Positions 9,552 through 24,800 of a stretch of 32,000 bases of DNA are shown piece by piece. Position 1 is the stretch's first letter. Each line of letters begins with the position of its first letter. The stretch is from Mycoplasma mobile 163K (GTDB taxonomy: Bacteria; Bacillota_I; Bacilli_A; Mycoplasmatales; Metamycoplasmataceae): contig NC_006908.1 in the NCBI RefSeq assembly GCF_000008365.1, positions 120,001 through 152,000 of the forward strand, in the 5' to 3' direction. Position numbers and translations under genes: made by a program. The notes under the pieces were generated by a model. That model had not been told where the DNA came from, did no database searches, and was given only the letters and a program-made list of their open reading frames with translations.

Positions 9552-9586
9552 AAAATAAAATGAGAAATCTATTCTCATTTTATTTT
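9552..9586. terminator. Bidirectional rho-independent terminator between convergent genes
   Basis: A perfect 15-bp stem, AAAATAAAATGAGAA (9552-9566) pairing with TTCTCATTTTATTTT (9572-9586), with a 5-nt loop. It is flanked by an A-run on one side and a T-run on the other. It sits between the lipoprotein stop (9525) and the nucleotidase stop (9616). Confidence 0.8.
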
Positions 9587-9615
9587 TTGCTAGTTTTAGT
9601 ATAAATAAAATTATT

Positions 9616-11862
9616 TTATAAACTTACAATTGAATTAAATCTATTAATTATTTCCTTTGCAAGATCATTACTAGGATTAATTTTAATTCTTGTTGCTTCA
9701 TTTGGTCTAATAAAAATTTTTTCATAATTAACATCTCGATATTTTGAATTAGGATCAAGACTTAAAGTTTCCAAAGCCTTACCATATTCTGTTATAACTT
9801 GAGTTAGTAATCTTCCTGAAACTATTTCTGTTTGTGTTTTTAAAATATTAAAACCATCACCACCTGCTTGTAAGAAATCATTTATTGCTAAATTAAATTC
9901 ATCACTATCCAAAATCTCTACACCTTCATATTTGATAGAAGTAACTGAATTCGTAGCTAAAATTGCATTGTTTGAATTATTATTTGCAATTGCGTTTAAG
10001 CTGTAATTTACTTCTAAATTATTAGATACTTGTAAAAAACCTCCATCTTGTCACTTAGTAGCTGAGATTCTAAATAATTCTTTTAAATCTTTACCTGTAA
10101 TTTTAACAACTTTTAAAAAATTGTTAAATGGACTAACAGCTAAAATTTGACCATTAGTTACTATGAAATTTTTAGATGCGTCAACATCAATTGAAGATCT
10201 AATTCCACCACCATTGAAAATGGAAATAATTTTAGGATCAGGTTCGCCTTCTACTTGTCTTAAATTAGTATTATTTTCAACTCAATATTTTAATGAATCT
10301 GATACAAAGTTTCCAATATTTGTTTCCAAAGTTCTAACTGTTCTTTCAACAGTTCCATTATTTAGAACCCCTGTTGCTAAATCAAAGCCAAATTTAAAAG
10401 CTTCTGTAGAAGATGTTTTTTCAAAAGCTGCTGCAGCTGTAGCAATTTGCTCATCCGCTTCTTTTACTCTTTTTAATGAATCTTTTTCTAATAAAAACTC
10501 ATCTAAATTAATGTACTTATTTGCATAATTTACAATTTTTCCAGTGCTTTTATCAAAATCAAAATTAACTTCCCCAATATGTCTAGTATGATCACCAGTT
10601 TGAACTAAAAAAGCATTATTTACTTTTTTACCAATTTCATATCTTTGGTGTGAGTGTCCATCAATAATTAGATCAATTTCATCTATTGCTTCGGCTAATT
10701 GAATCGAAGTTCTTACACTAGTTGCATCATCTCCTAAATGACCATAAACAACGATTAAATTAATTCCCATCGCTTTTAAAGATGCAATTTGTGATCTTGT
10801 AGTTTCAATTACATTTTCTCATTTTAAATTAGCAATTCCTGCAGGGTTTGTTTTGAATTCGGTATCTTCAGTAGTTAGAGGAATTAATCCAACTTGTAAA
10901 TCGCCTTTAATTGTTTTGATTTTCGTTCCAGGAATAAAAGATTGATTAGCAATTTCTGTTCCTAATGTATCGATATATTTAACATTTGAAGAATAAAAAG
11001 GAGCCATTTGAGAATATTCTAAAAAAGTTTCTTTTCCTCAATCAAATTCATGATTACCTGCTGAAATACCATCAAAACCAATAATATTTGCTACTATTGA
11101 AGCTGTACGACCTTTATCTCTATCTGAAACTCCTGTACCTTGAAAATAATCACCTGCATCTAAAAGTAAATCAGGATTTTTTGTGTTAAAATAAGCAGCA
11201 AAATTGTTTAAACCAATATGTCTATTAAATTGACCTTGATCTTCTGTAAATCTTCCATGAATATCATTTGTATGGTTTATTGAAATATTTTTAACAATCA
11301 TATGATCTTTATCAAAATCATCTAAATTTGTTTTATCTAAAAATGTATTTATTAGAAAATTCCTTGCATTAATCATATTTTTTCTAAATTGTGATCTGAT
11401 ACTATTTGTGCTTATTCTTGAATTAGTTTGTTTAAGCTCAAGTTCAAATCCAACATCTTTTGAACCCTGAACATCTTCACTTATAATAAATTTTTGATTA
11501 GTTGCTTTTTCTTCTCTTGTATAGTTTATTCCTTGTAATTGTGTATCAAAATTTATCACATAAGAAAAAGTCCCATTTTCAAATGATGTTACAAAAGCAG
11601 ATGAATTTACAATATTAATTTTTAAATATTCTAAATTATTTTCATTCCATTTTGATACTTCATCTTTTAATTTTGCTAATCTATTATTTACAGCATCTTC
11701 AATATCTGTTTTTGTAATATTGTTATTAACATATTCTAAAAAAGTGGATTCATTTTTATTTATTTGAGTGACTGAGCTACAAGCTATTATTGTTAAAGAT
11801 GGAGTAATTATTGAAAAACTAATCCCGCTTCCGATTAAAAATTTTTTGATTGATTTTTTCAT
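9616..11862 (-). CDS. 5'-nucleotidase / calcineurin-like metallophosphoesterase family lipoprotein (UshA-like), 748 aa
   Basis: Four track ORFs (9616..9912, 10282..10770, 10819..11007, 11038..11862) share one frame. I checked the gaps codon by codon and they contain only TGA, with no TAA/TAG. The signal peptide MKKSIKKFLIGSGISFSIITPSLTIIAC has a lipobox. Metallophosphatase motifs are NHTNDIHGR, LLLDAGDYFQG, AGNHEFD, VVYGHLG and IIDGHSHQ. The C-terminal half is 5'-nucleotidase-like. Confidence 0.9.
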
Positions 11863-11946
11863 TTATACCCCAATTTAATTTTATATTAATGCAATTATAT
11901 GTAAATTAATGAACTCTATTTTTTGAATATTTAAAAAAATATAAAT

Positions 11947-11970
11947 AAAAAGATAGGAATCTATCTTTTT
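11947..11970 (-). terminator. Hairpin terminator immediately downstream of ald
   Basis: AAAAAGATAG (11947-11956) pairs with CTATCTTTTT (11961-11970) around the loop GAAT. On the minus strand the stem is followed by T-rich sequence. It starts 7 nt past the ald stop (11977-11979). Confidence 0.6.
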
Positions 11971-11976
11971 TTATTA

Positions 11977-13110
11977 TTAAAGCAATTTTTCTAAAGGAAC
12001 AAATTCTAATTTTAATGCTTTAGCAATATTTTCGTTTGTCATTTTACCTTTATAAGCTAAAACTCCTCCAAAAAGCTCTTTAGCACTTTTAATTGAATTT
12101 AAAAAACCCTTATTTGCAATTTCGTGAATGTAAAATTCAGTTGCATTTGTTAAAGCGAGTGAAGCGGTCCTTGGTGTTGCTCCAGGCATATTTGGAACCG
12201 CATATTGTAAAATCCCTTTATATTCACTAATAGGATTGCTATGAGAAGTAGGAGCAATAATAGTTTCTACTGAACCACCTTGATCTATTGCAACATCAAC
12301 AATTACTGAACCTTTTTTCATACTTTCAACATGAGTTTTTGTAATAAGTTTTGCTACTTTTGCTCCTGGAATATGAATTGTAGATACAACAAGATCAGCA
12401 TCTTTAATGTGTTCTGTCAAAGTTTTCTCATCTGAAACATAAGCTTCAAACTTTCCTTTACTTAAAGTTGAAGCATTTTTGAATTCTTTTGATTCATTTA
12501 ATTGTTTGATTAAAGCTTCGTTTTTATCTAAAACAACTGTATTTTGACCAATTATAAGAGAATTTCAAGCTGCACTTTGTCCTACAATACCTCCACCTAC
12601 AACCAAGGTTTTACCATGTCTAGTTCCTTCTATTCCACCTGGAAGAATTCCAAAACCTTTATTTTGTTTTTGTAGATAAAATGCCCCATTAAGAATTGCT
12701 AATTTTCCTGCTACTACTGACATTGGAGCTAGCAAAATATTTTTATTGTCTTTTCTAACTAATTCATATGCTAAGCCAATTGCTTGCGAATCCATTAAAG
12801 CCTTAGCTAATTTTGGGTCAGTTGCCAAATGGAAATATGTAAAAATTACTTGATCTTTTTTGAAAAATTTGAATTCACTCTCTAATGGTTCTTTAATTTT
12901 AATTATGAATGGACTTTTTCAAACTTCTTCTTGAGTTGATATTTTTGCGCCACTTTTAATAAAATCTTCATCCGAAAAACCCGCTTCAAGTCCTGCATTT
13001 TTTTCAATCAACACTTCATGTTTATTTTTTACTAAATCACTAACTATATTCGGTGTTACCCCTATTCTAAATTCATTATTTTTGATTTCTTTTGGGAATC
13101 CTATTTTCAT
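11977..13110 (-). CDS. ald: L-alanine dehydrogenase, 377 aa
   Basis: Track ORFs 11977..12420, 12565..12828 and 12919..13110 share one frame, and the gaps were checked and contain only TGA. The N-terminus is MKIGFPKEIKNNEFRIGVTPNIVSDLVKNKHEVLIEKNAGLEAGF. The Rossmann motif is LVVGGGIVGQSAAW, and ...SVIVDVAIDQGG... and ...YAVPNMPGATPRTAS... are also present. An AGAAGG SD precedes the ATG. Confidence 0.95.
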
Positions 13111-13155
13111 TTTAACCTTCTTGTTTTATATTTTTATACTAATATTATAAAATAA

Positions 13156-13179
13156 AACTTATGAAGTTAATCATAAGTT
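13156..13179 (-). terminator. Hairpin terminator between gyrB and ald
   Basis: AACTTATGA (13156-13164) pairs with TCATAAGTT (13171-13179) around a 6-nt loop, with A/T runs on both flanks. It lies 25 nt downstream of the gyrB stop on the minus strand. Confidence 0.55.
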
Positions 13180-13203
13180 GTTTTTATTTATTCAAATTGA
13201 AGA

Positions 13204-15147
<1,944 letters not shown>

Positions 15148-15401
15148 TTAATTTTAAAAATAACTTCAATTATTTTAACATATTATGTTATTTCAGAACT
15201 AAAAATGTGTGTTTTAAGATTGTTAAAATTCTTTATTTTTAGATAAAACTAAGAACAAAAAATAAAATCTTTATTACTTTTCTAGCTCTAAAAAATCACA
15301 TTTTTAAATTGTTTTTATGATATTATTTGTATATATATTATTTTATAATTATGCATTTGAAAAATTTTGCATTTGTTATAAAAATAAAATAAAGGAGAAA
15401 T

Positions 15402-18400
15402 ATGGGTTTTAGTTTAAAAAAGAGTCTTATTATTGGACCAATTATTGCAGTAGGAGCTATTGCAATAGGAGTACCAGTAATTGTAGCAACAACTTTTAGA
15501 GCAAATTCAGAAGAATCAAGCACAATTTCAGTTGAAGAAGTAAAAAACGATAGGTTAATAAGCAATATAAATGCCTCATATGTAGGAAACGCTAGTGCTG
15601 TTACAACATCTAATTTAGTAATTAATAATTTTACTTTGAATAAATCAAAAAATCCAAGAATAAAATATGAAATAACAAAAATAGAATCTTCTTCATTAAA
15701 AAATTCTGCAATTGTTACATTTCAAGGATTTGTGGTAAATGATCCAAACTTTATTCCTGTTGTTTTTGTTTCAGAAGTAGGTGGCTTTTTATTTAGTGCT
15801 GAACAATTAAAAAATGATCTTAATTCTAGAATGATTGCTCCATCATTAAATTCTGCTGCTTTAAATAAAAAACCTTCAAAAATTACTTTAGAAGATTTGG
15901 TAAATCCAAATTTAAATCTTTTAAGTGCTTCGAATTTATTTAATTCTTTAACTGTTACTTTTTCTTATGAATTAGGAGAATTTAATGATAATTTAAGTCC
16001 TAATTATGGAAGAGACATTATTGTTAATTTTATTGTTAGTGGAATTAACAATACTTCATCTCAAGGTTCTTATAAAACAAAAATAGAAACAGGAATTGAA
16101 AACTTTATTAGCTCAGAAATTGTAAATAACAACATAACAGGAACAATTAATGGTTTAGATAATCAAGCGAGCAAGGCTATTTTGGTTTCCAAAAATAAAG
16201 CAAGCAATAGAGCACTTGAAATTTTATCCACTGATTACAATATTGAGAATTCATATATTTTATCTGTCAATTTAAATGGAAAAAATCATGACATTAAAGT
16301 GAATCAAAAAATTGGATCTGTAAAATCTGCAAATGACATAAATGGAGAATTATTTTTAGAAATAATAGTTAATTTAGATCTTTCTTCACTAGTAATTAAT
16401 GAAACTCCAGGACCTAGTAATTTTATTTTTAATTTTTCTCAATTAGAACAAGGATTTTTAAGTAACGACAAAATTGTTGATTCAACTAATGAAGCAATGA
16501 GTACTTTGAATATTTCAAACATAATAACTTCTAATGATATTTTGCTTCAAAATTCAAAAGATGTTTTATCTACAAATTGAAATGTAAATAGTTTTAGAAT
16601 CGATTCATCAAAAAATAGTTTTGTACAAAACTCAACTATTTTAGGTGCTAATGAATCTGTGAGATATAACTTAGTAATAAGTAAAGTAGATCCTATTTTA
16701 GGAACAAACTCTGCTAATTTAACTATTAGTGCAATTCCTTTAATTTCAACAACAACTAATAAAACAATTATTTTAGGAACAATTATTTTTGCTAGTCCGA
16801 TAGATTCTATTATAGTCGCCCAAGATACAATTGCTCTTGATGATTTGATTATTCAATCTATAATCCCTACTTTTCAAAACTCAACAAACTTAATTAGTTT
16901 AAATAGTCTACCTTCAGAATTATCAAATAATTTAAACACTACAAATTTTTCAAACCATTTTAATTTTCAAATTCCTTCAAATGCTCCAATAGGTACAACA
17001 TATAAAATTCTAAAAATAAATCAAACTAATGATTTTTTTGGCCAAATGGATTTAGAAGTGGAAATTTCTATTCCAAGATCTTTTTTAAGTAAAACATATG
17101 TTGTAAAAGTTTCAGGTTTTAATACAACACATAGAAAAACCTTAACTGCGTTTAATGAAATTAGAAATAATCCAGCAAACGCTAATTTATTTATTCCGAC
17201 TTTTACAAGTATAAGTTCTCAAAATAACACAAATGTTGATCAAGTTATACCTGCAAATTTAAATTTAAATAAAACTCTTCTAGACCAGTTTGCATTAATT
17301 GACCCAAGTGTTAGCCTTGAATTTGAAATTATAAGTAGAAATTCTCAGGAAGGAATAATCAGTGGAAATATTATATTAAGTGCATCTAATTTAAGAAATC
17401 CAAATACCCCAACTGAATTAAGAGGAGTGGTTAAATATAGTTTTTCTCTTGGAGGATTTTTATCAACAAATGCAATTAATATTGAGTTATTAGAAAATGC
17501 ATTTAATAATTTGCCAACAATTACTCTTAATAATAATGCTTTAAATTTAGTTAAGCTACCTGGTCTTATTACATCTAATGATTTTAATCCTATAACTTTA
17601 TCAAATAATGTTAGAGCAAGATATTTAACAGGGTTAAATAGTATTACAAATATTAATATAATTACAGGTTCATTAGATTTACAAGTAGAATTATCTGTTT
17701 CGAATGACTCAACTAATCCTAATTCTACTTCTAGATCTGTTTTAGTTCGTCCTATAACAGTAAGAAATTTACCTACTTTACAAAATTACATGAATCATTT
17801 GGCAACAATTGTAAAACCTGATTTGCTATTAAATAGTCAAAACAATACTTTATTATTAGCATCACAAATATCTGAAAATAATATATTTCCAGTAAATCCT
17901 GTTTTTCCTGGGACTACAAATTTAGTATTTAATTTAAACACAAATTTGATTAACTTTATAGAAAATGTTTTTACAAATATTCAATTTAAAATAAATAAAT
18001 TCACGCCAAATGATATTAATGGTTCAGCTGAAGTAGAAATAGAATTATTTGTAACAAGTCAAAATGTCCCAAGTTTAAACATGTCTGTAATTTCTTCTGT
18101 TTATACTATTAATTTGCTTCCTAATACTTTTAGTTCAAATAGAACTGTAATAAACACTGAAATGCAAACTTTGGCAAACATTATCATCAGTAGAAATCCA
18201 AATGATTTTATCTTATTTAATGGTCCAAAAATATCCACAAATCCTTCGCTTGTGAAAAATGAAGATTTATCAGTTAATTTATCAAGCTTAAGTTTTGGAG
18301 AATTTCCAAATTCTCAAGATGTAAGTTTTGATGCTCAAATAGTTTCGATAAATTCAGAAAAAGGAACTTTAATTGTCAATTTAAGAGGAACAAGAGCAAA

Positions 18401-18788
18401 TGAAAACTTTATTTCTAATGTTTCACTAGAACTTACAGAATTTCAAACTGATTCAAAAAGTGTTTTAGAGGCTATAAATTCACTAGAAAATACCATAATA
18501 ACAAATCCTCAATTAGTTTTTAATGGAAGAACTTCAACAGGAGCAATTCAAACAATGGAAAACACAACTGTAAATCAATTAAATGCCCAAAGTTTTTCAT
18601 TTGATTTTGAATCGAATAATCAACTTTCTAATTCTGGAACTATAAATCCTAAAAATCTAATAAGATATTTTATTGTAAATATTAATACGACACCAACATC
18701 TGGAACTGTTAGTGTTCAAATAAGATTAGAAAAAGGCAATACTGTAGAATTTAAAAATATCACAATTCAAGGATTTAAAACTAATTAA
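15402..18788 (+). CDS. Large signal-anchored surface protein, 1128 aa, built of ~10 divergent ~100-aa modules
   Basis: Track ORFs 15402..16580 and 16659..18788 are both in frame 3 and join through a TGA at 16578. A strong SD (AAAGGAGAAAT) precedes the ATG. The N-terminus MGFSLKKSLIIGPIIAVGAIAIGVPVIVATTF is hydrophobic with no lipobox Cys. Module-end motifs recur: VTFQGF, EVGGFL, LEQGFL, KVSGFN, SLGGFL and ITIQGFKTN*. No Cys was seen. Confidence 0.85.
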
Positions 18789-18820
18789 CTTTTGCAATCA
18801 AAAGTACATACACAAATATG

Positions 18821-18848
18821 TTGATATATTAGTAAAACATAATATAAT
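18821..18848 (+). promoter_or_regulatory. Sigma-70-type promoter in front of the giant gene
   Basis: TTGATA (18821-18826), a 16-nt spacer, then TATAAT (18843-18848). It lies 30 nt upstream of the ATG at 18878, with the SD AAGAGGTAG in between. Confidence 0.5.
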
Positions 18849-18877
18849 ATAAGTAAGCTTAATTAAGAGGTAGTAAA

Positions 18878-21800
18878 ATGACAAACAAAAAAACAAAATT
18901 AATTTCTGGAATAACAGCAACAGTTGTAGTTGCTTCAGCAGTTGGAATCGGAGTAGGAACATCTTTTGCAATAAATAGTGAAAGGGAAGTCGATCAGTTA
19001 AGAGCAATAAGTAATGCAAAAATATTTCCAATTTTAAAACAAATGCCTTTTGGAGGTGTTGAAAATTCTAGCAATCCTATTAAATTTCTAGAAGCTTTTA
19101 ATGCAAAAAGATTAGATACTAATCTAAGTCCAAATGCTTTACCTATTTGAAATAATTCAAATTTTGTTTCTTTTGATATTGTAGAAATGGCAAAAATTTC
19201 AGGAATTTCAGAAACTGTTCTTGATAATTTTTCTTTTAAGGTTGAAAAAGCTATTATTTCTAATGCAAATCCTAATAATCTAAATTTAACTATTATTGTA
19301 GTTTCTAAAAATGACAGCACTCTTTTTACAAAATATGAAATTTTGATTTCTGATTTTCTTTCAGAAGAATCATATATTCAAAAAGCAGCAGATATTATTT
19401 CTACAAAAATTAGAACTTCAAATATTACAACAACAAATTTAATTGCCCAAAGAACTTTAGCATCAAAAGTTATTGCTTCGCAACTTTCTGATTTTATTAG
19501 AGATAATATTCCTTTTAATAACTTAGTAGATGCAAATGACATCAGTTATGCTTTTGAAATTTTAAGTTCAAATGATAACTTAGGGAATATTGAAGCAAAA
19601 ATTACAATAATTCCAAGATTTAGTATTGAAAGAATAGTACTCGAATCAATTACTTTAAATGGATTTTCAACTACAACTAATCAAGAAATAATTCAAATTC
19701 AAAACAATATTCAAAATGCTTCCGAATTAAGTTTTAATTTTACTCCTCAAGCAGAAATTTTAACTATTGATAATGTAAATTCAAATAATATTCAAAATTT
19801 AGCAAAATTAACTCAAAATCCAAATCCAGGTCTTAAATATGAAATTCAAACTGATTCATTGATAATAAATAAAGAAACTAATTTGATTAATTTTGATGTT
19901 TTAATTTCTGATGCTTCAGGAAGAAATGTCGAAACCACAAAAAGATACAAAACTTCAGTAACTTTTAGACCTTTTACTATTTTTGCTTTTGATCAATTAG
20001 ATTTTGTAATTAAGGGAGAAAAATTAAATCAATTTTTATCACAAGAATTAAATACTTTAGACTTTGTACCTGCTACAAATCCTAATTCTAATTTAACCTA
20101 TACAGTTCAAAGCACAAGAATTATTAGTTTTAATTCAGTACTTTTAACAATTCGTGTTGTTCAAAATAATACAAGTAACTCACAAACATATGAAACTATT
20201 GTTAATGCAGGTTTTAGTTCAATTCAAAATAGACAAAATGCAATTTTAACTTTAATTAAAGAGCAAGAACCCGCTCCTATTTCTAAAATTGTTTTAGAAA
20301 ATACTTTGGCTTCAAATGTTCACCCTTCAAACTTTAACAATCCTGATTTTTCAAACATAATTCCATTATCTTTAAGAAATTTGCCAAATTTTTTTCCAGC
20401 AATTACTTATTCAATTTTAAACTCTGATAATGCAAATGGAACTCTTGATTTAAGAGTAAATGTTTCATTACCAGGAATGCCACAAATTGGATATACATCG
20501 AAATTTAACACTTTAAAAAGTAATGATTTTGTTCAAAATTTAATTCAATTAATTTCAAATAGAAAATTAAGTCCAATTTTAAAAACACTTACTCCTTCTA
20601 TAACAATTCCTACTATATCTTTAGAATCAATCGCAAATGATTTAGTTGCTCCAAATCAAGCTCAATTAATGTCAGGGAATAATCGTATTACTTTACCAGA
20701 AGGAGCAGTAGTAACTTTTGAAATAAATAGAAATACAGGAACACAAGGGGTTTTAAATCCAAATGATATCAATGGGACTTTAGATATTTCGATCAATTTT
20801 ACTCTTAAATTATTAGGAGATGTAGCTATTTACCAGGGTAATTATACTGTTACAATGACAGGTTTTTCAAGTCAAGAATTGAGAAATTTAGAAAATATTG
20901 CTAAATTTCAATCATTAGGGTTAAGACCTATTTATAACAATCCTTCAGTTTTAGCTTCGAACCTTTTACCTTCAAATATTAATTTAAACAATTTGAACCA
21001 ATTTCAAGTTCCTGTTTTTGATCAAGTAGCTTTTCCTGATCTAACTTTAAGAATTAAATCAATTTTAAATCCAAATAATGTTTTAGGATCTATTGATGTT
21101 ACTGTTGAGCAAAAAATTATCAAAAATGGAATCACAACAACTAGAGATAATGTAATTACAATTTTTGGATTCAGAACTGAATCTGCAGATAATGCTTTAA
21201 GTGTAATTACTAATTACATCAACACAATAAATGGAAGTGATGGACAAGTTGTAATTAAATTTAAAAATACAGTAAATCCAAACGAAACTTTAATTGCTTC
21301 TTTAACTCAAAATGATGTTGATTTCGAACCTTTTAATTTTGGTGAAAACGAACTTTTTCCTTCTCTTTCTGCTGAGGTGAGTGCAATTAGAATAAACCCC
21401 CAAGATCCAACTATAGCTCAAATTTTGATTTTAGTTAAATCCAATGTTTTAGTAAATGGACAAAATGTTCAACAAGTTTATATTCAAAACATTCCGGGTT
21501 TTGCACCTCAAGAATTTATTATTAATCGCGAAATACTAAAACAATATATTGAAAATGGTAATTTATCAAATACTTTAATTTCACCAATTTTATTACCAAC
21601 AATTGTTAAAAATTTGACTCTACCAAATACAGTTTCTTTAAGTTCATTTGAAACAACTACTTTAAGTGATCCGTCAAATCCTAATATTAATTTAAGATTA
21701 ATAGGAGTAGCACAAGGTGTTGTTAATCCAATTACAAATCCACCAGTTGCAACAAGTGTCGTTGCAACAATAAGTGCTTCATTAGGTACAGGAGATTCTG

Positions 21801-24800
21801 TAGTGACTCAAACATATATAGTTACAATTGAAGGTTTTGCAACACCAATAGGTATGGCTAATCAAACTATTGCAAATAATGAAGTTGCAAATATTGCTTC
21901 TAGAGCAGTAGCTAGTTTGAGAGACGAAGCTAAAAAAACTTTATCTGTTTCTCAACTTTTACCAAGCGATTTTAATTTAAGATACCCAGCAAATTCAACT
22001 TCAATTGTTCCAATTTCAGATTTATCAATAACACAAATAGAAGCCGATCCTAATGATTCTACAATTGCTGTTTTAACAATTCAAGTTATTATTAGAGTAA
22101 ATTCCTTTAACAACAGTTTGAATTTTGGTATTGCAACTTATACTCAAAAAATTCCAGGATTTTTAAACCAAGATAGCGGAAGAATTGCTTTAGGTTTTAG
22201 AGATTTAGCTTTAAATGCTAATGATTTAATTATTTTTAATGGAATTAAAGGTGATACAGGAGTCGATGCTGCAATTCAAAGTGGAAAAGATAATTTCACT
22301 ATTAATTCCCCTATAGGTTTTGAAAATATTATTTTTTCAATTCAGGACTTTGATTCAACAAGTACTAATGCTTCCAGAGGAGAATTAGGCTTTGTAATTA
22401 AAGGTGAGTTTAATGGGCAGATATTATTATCTTCAACAATAAATCAAAAAATTGTTGTTTCAGAATTTCTAGCAGAAAATCTAGCGATATTAAATGCAGC
22501 AACTGAATTTGGAGTTATTTTAAAACCAGAATTTAATTTAAATTCAAATAGACCTACAGCTTCACAAGCAAGTAAAGATAATTTTTCAATTAATTTTTCT
22601 CAAGCACCTGATCCAAGAGTTGAATATGAAATTACCAATTTAGTTCAAGGTGGTGAAGGGCAAGTAGATGGAAACACTGTAACCCTTACAATAATAATTA
22701 CTGTCATTGGAACAAATGTTTCTAGAACTTACAACACAGTATTTAATGGACTGGCCACTCAGAGTTTTGTAAATAATAGAACTTTAGTAAATGCTTTTAT
22801 AAGTACACCAGATTTTAATACAAGTATTTTAAGTGAAGGAGATAAAAATAAAGCAGTATTAGATTTAGTCGCAGATGATTTTACAATTAACAACACAGAC
22901 CCGAATATTAGAGTTCAAATTTCAAAAATTGAGCCTTCAGCTTTAAGCTCAACAACTGCCTCAATTACTCTTTCAATTTCTACAGGAAAAGATTTAGATG
23001 TTTTTTCTAGTGATGTTATTATTACAAAAATAGGATTTTCAAATCCAACTGTAGCCAACAACAGAAGATTGATTGAAAATTATTTATCATCTTCTGATTT
23101 ACAAAAACCATTTTATGTTGTTGAAAATAATATCCTTCCTGAATTTGTAGCAGCAAATTCTTTGAGCAAAAACAACTTTGCTATTAAAGCTATTTCAGGC
23201 GCTTTTTCTGTTATTAAACAAGAAATTACTAATTTAACTTTACAAGTAGGAGTAGATCCTGCGATTGCAACAAGTCTTACATTAACAGTAGAATACTCTT
23301 TAGGTGAAGGAGCAAATAGAGCTACTATTATTAAAGAATATGAAATTCAGGGATTTGCAACAGCTGCAAAAGCTACTAATTTTGAATTATTAAATAGATA
23401 CATGACTTCAGGGAATTTATCTAAGCCTGTTTTTCAACCTGGTTTTTTTGCTAATGAAGTAGATATTCTTACAGTTCAAACTAACATTAATAGATATTTA
23501 ACAACAAATCCTTTAGATGGAATATTCCGTCCTATTGTTTTAACTTTAGATAGTATTATTTTTGAACAAGGATCAGAAACAACTGGAATTGTGACAGTAA
23601 GAGCCTCAAATGGAATTGGAGATGATATTGCAAGTGAAACTTATGAAGTAAGAATTGAAGGATTTTTAACTGCAATACAAAACCAAAATGCAATCATTGC
23701 CTTAAATTATAGAAATAATTTAGCAAATAGAAGGGTACCTCAATTAAATGACGATATTGTTAGAGCTACAACAGCTGCATCCAATTTAACAATTAATTCT
23801 TTTAATATTGCTCAACCAAATCCCAATCCTTCTAATATAAGATTATCAATTACAAGAATCATTTTACCTGAAGGAATTTCTCCAGCAGAAGCTACAAGTG
23901 TTGAAGTTGAAGTTACTATTTTTGTAGGAAACGGTAATGCTCTTTCAAACACAATTAAATATACAACTTCTTTTGCTGGTTTTGCTAATTTAGCAAGAGA
24001 ATTAAATAATGCTGCTTTAAATGAATATATTAAATCGCCAAATAGATTAATTCCTAATTTAGTACCAACAATTGAAAAAAATCAAGTGTCAGCAAATTCT
24101 ATTGTTGTAAGTAATTTAATTTTTCCAAATAATCAAGGATCTATCGCAACAATGCAAAATAACATTACAATAAACCTAAGCATTGGATCGGTAAATGTTT
24201 CTCCCAATAATCCAAATGCAATTATTATTGTTATTAATGCTTCTGCAGGAACTCAAGTCTCAAATATTGTTAGAGGAACATATTCAATAACTATTGATGG
24301 ATTTGCAAATGAAGCAGCAGCAATAAATTTCAGAATTTTAAATAATTATGTGCAACAACTAAGGCAAGATCCAAAACCTATAAATCCAAATATTTTCTTA
24401 TTAAATTCAGCAGATTCAGCAGCTCCAATTGTTAGAGATTTATTTACAATTGATTCTCCATTTATTTTTAATGGAACAAATATTAATTTAAGAATTGAAA
24501 GAGGAATTTCTATTCCAAGTGATAATCTTGCAAACACTACTTTAGAAGTAAGAATTTCAGCTTCTATTGGAAATGAAAAAATTGAATATGGAGTAAGATT
24601 CACTCAATTTGCATCACTTGAAAGACAAAATAATATTAATGATGTAAATAATTATATTGATAATGTAAATAACAGAGCAAGAGCAATGTTAAATCCAGAT
24701 GCAACAAATTTATCAACTTTTGAAGCAAGAAATAATAATTTTACCTTGATTAATTCACCTTTAGCATCTACTGGTTTAAATCTTGTAATTACTTCTGTTT

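Noticed and set aside
10163-10528. 121-aa + strand ORF. Similar ORFs occur at 13811..14011, 14961..15242 and 15338..15565.
   Set aside because: All overlap, on the opposite strand, strongly supported genes (nucleotidase, gyrB and the start of the 15402 gene). They are shadow ORFs.
18789-18804. Hairpin CTTTTG-CAAT-CAAAAG right after the stop of the 15402 gene, as a terminator.
   Set aside because: It has only a 6-bp stem and no following T-run. At best it is a weak pause site, and I could not support calling it a terminator.
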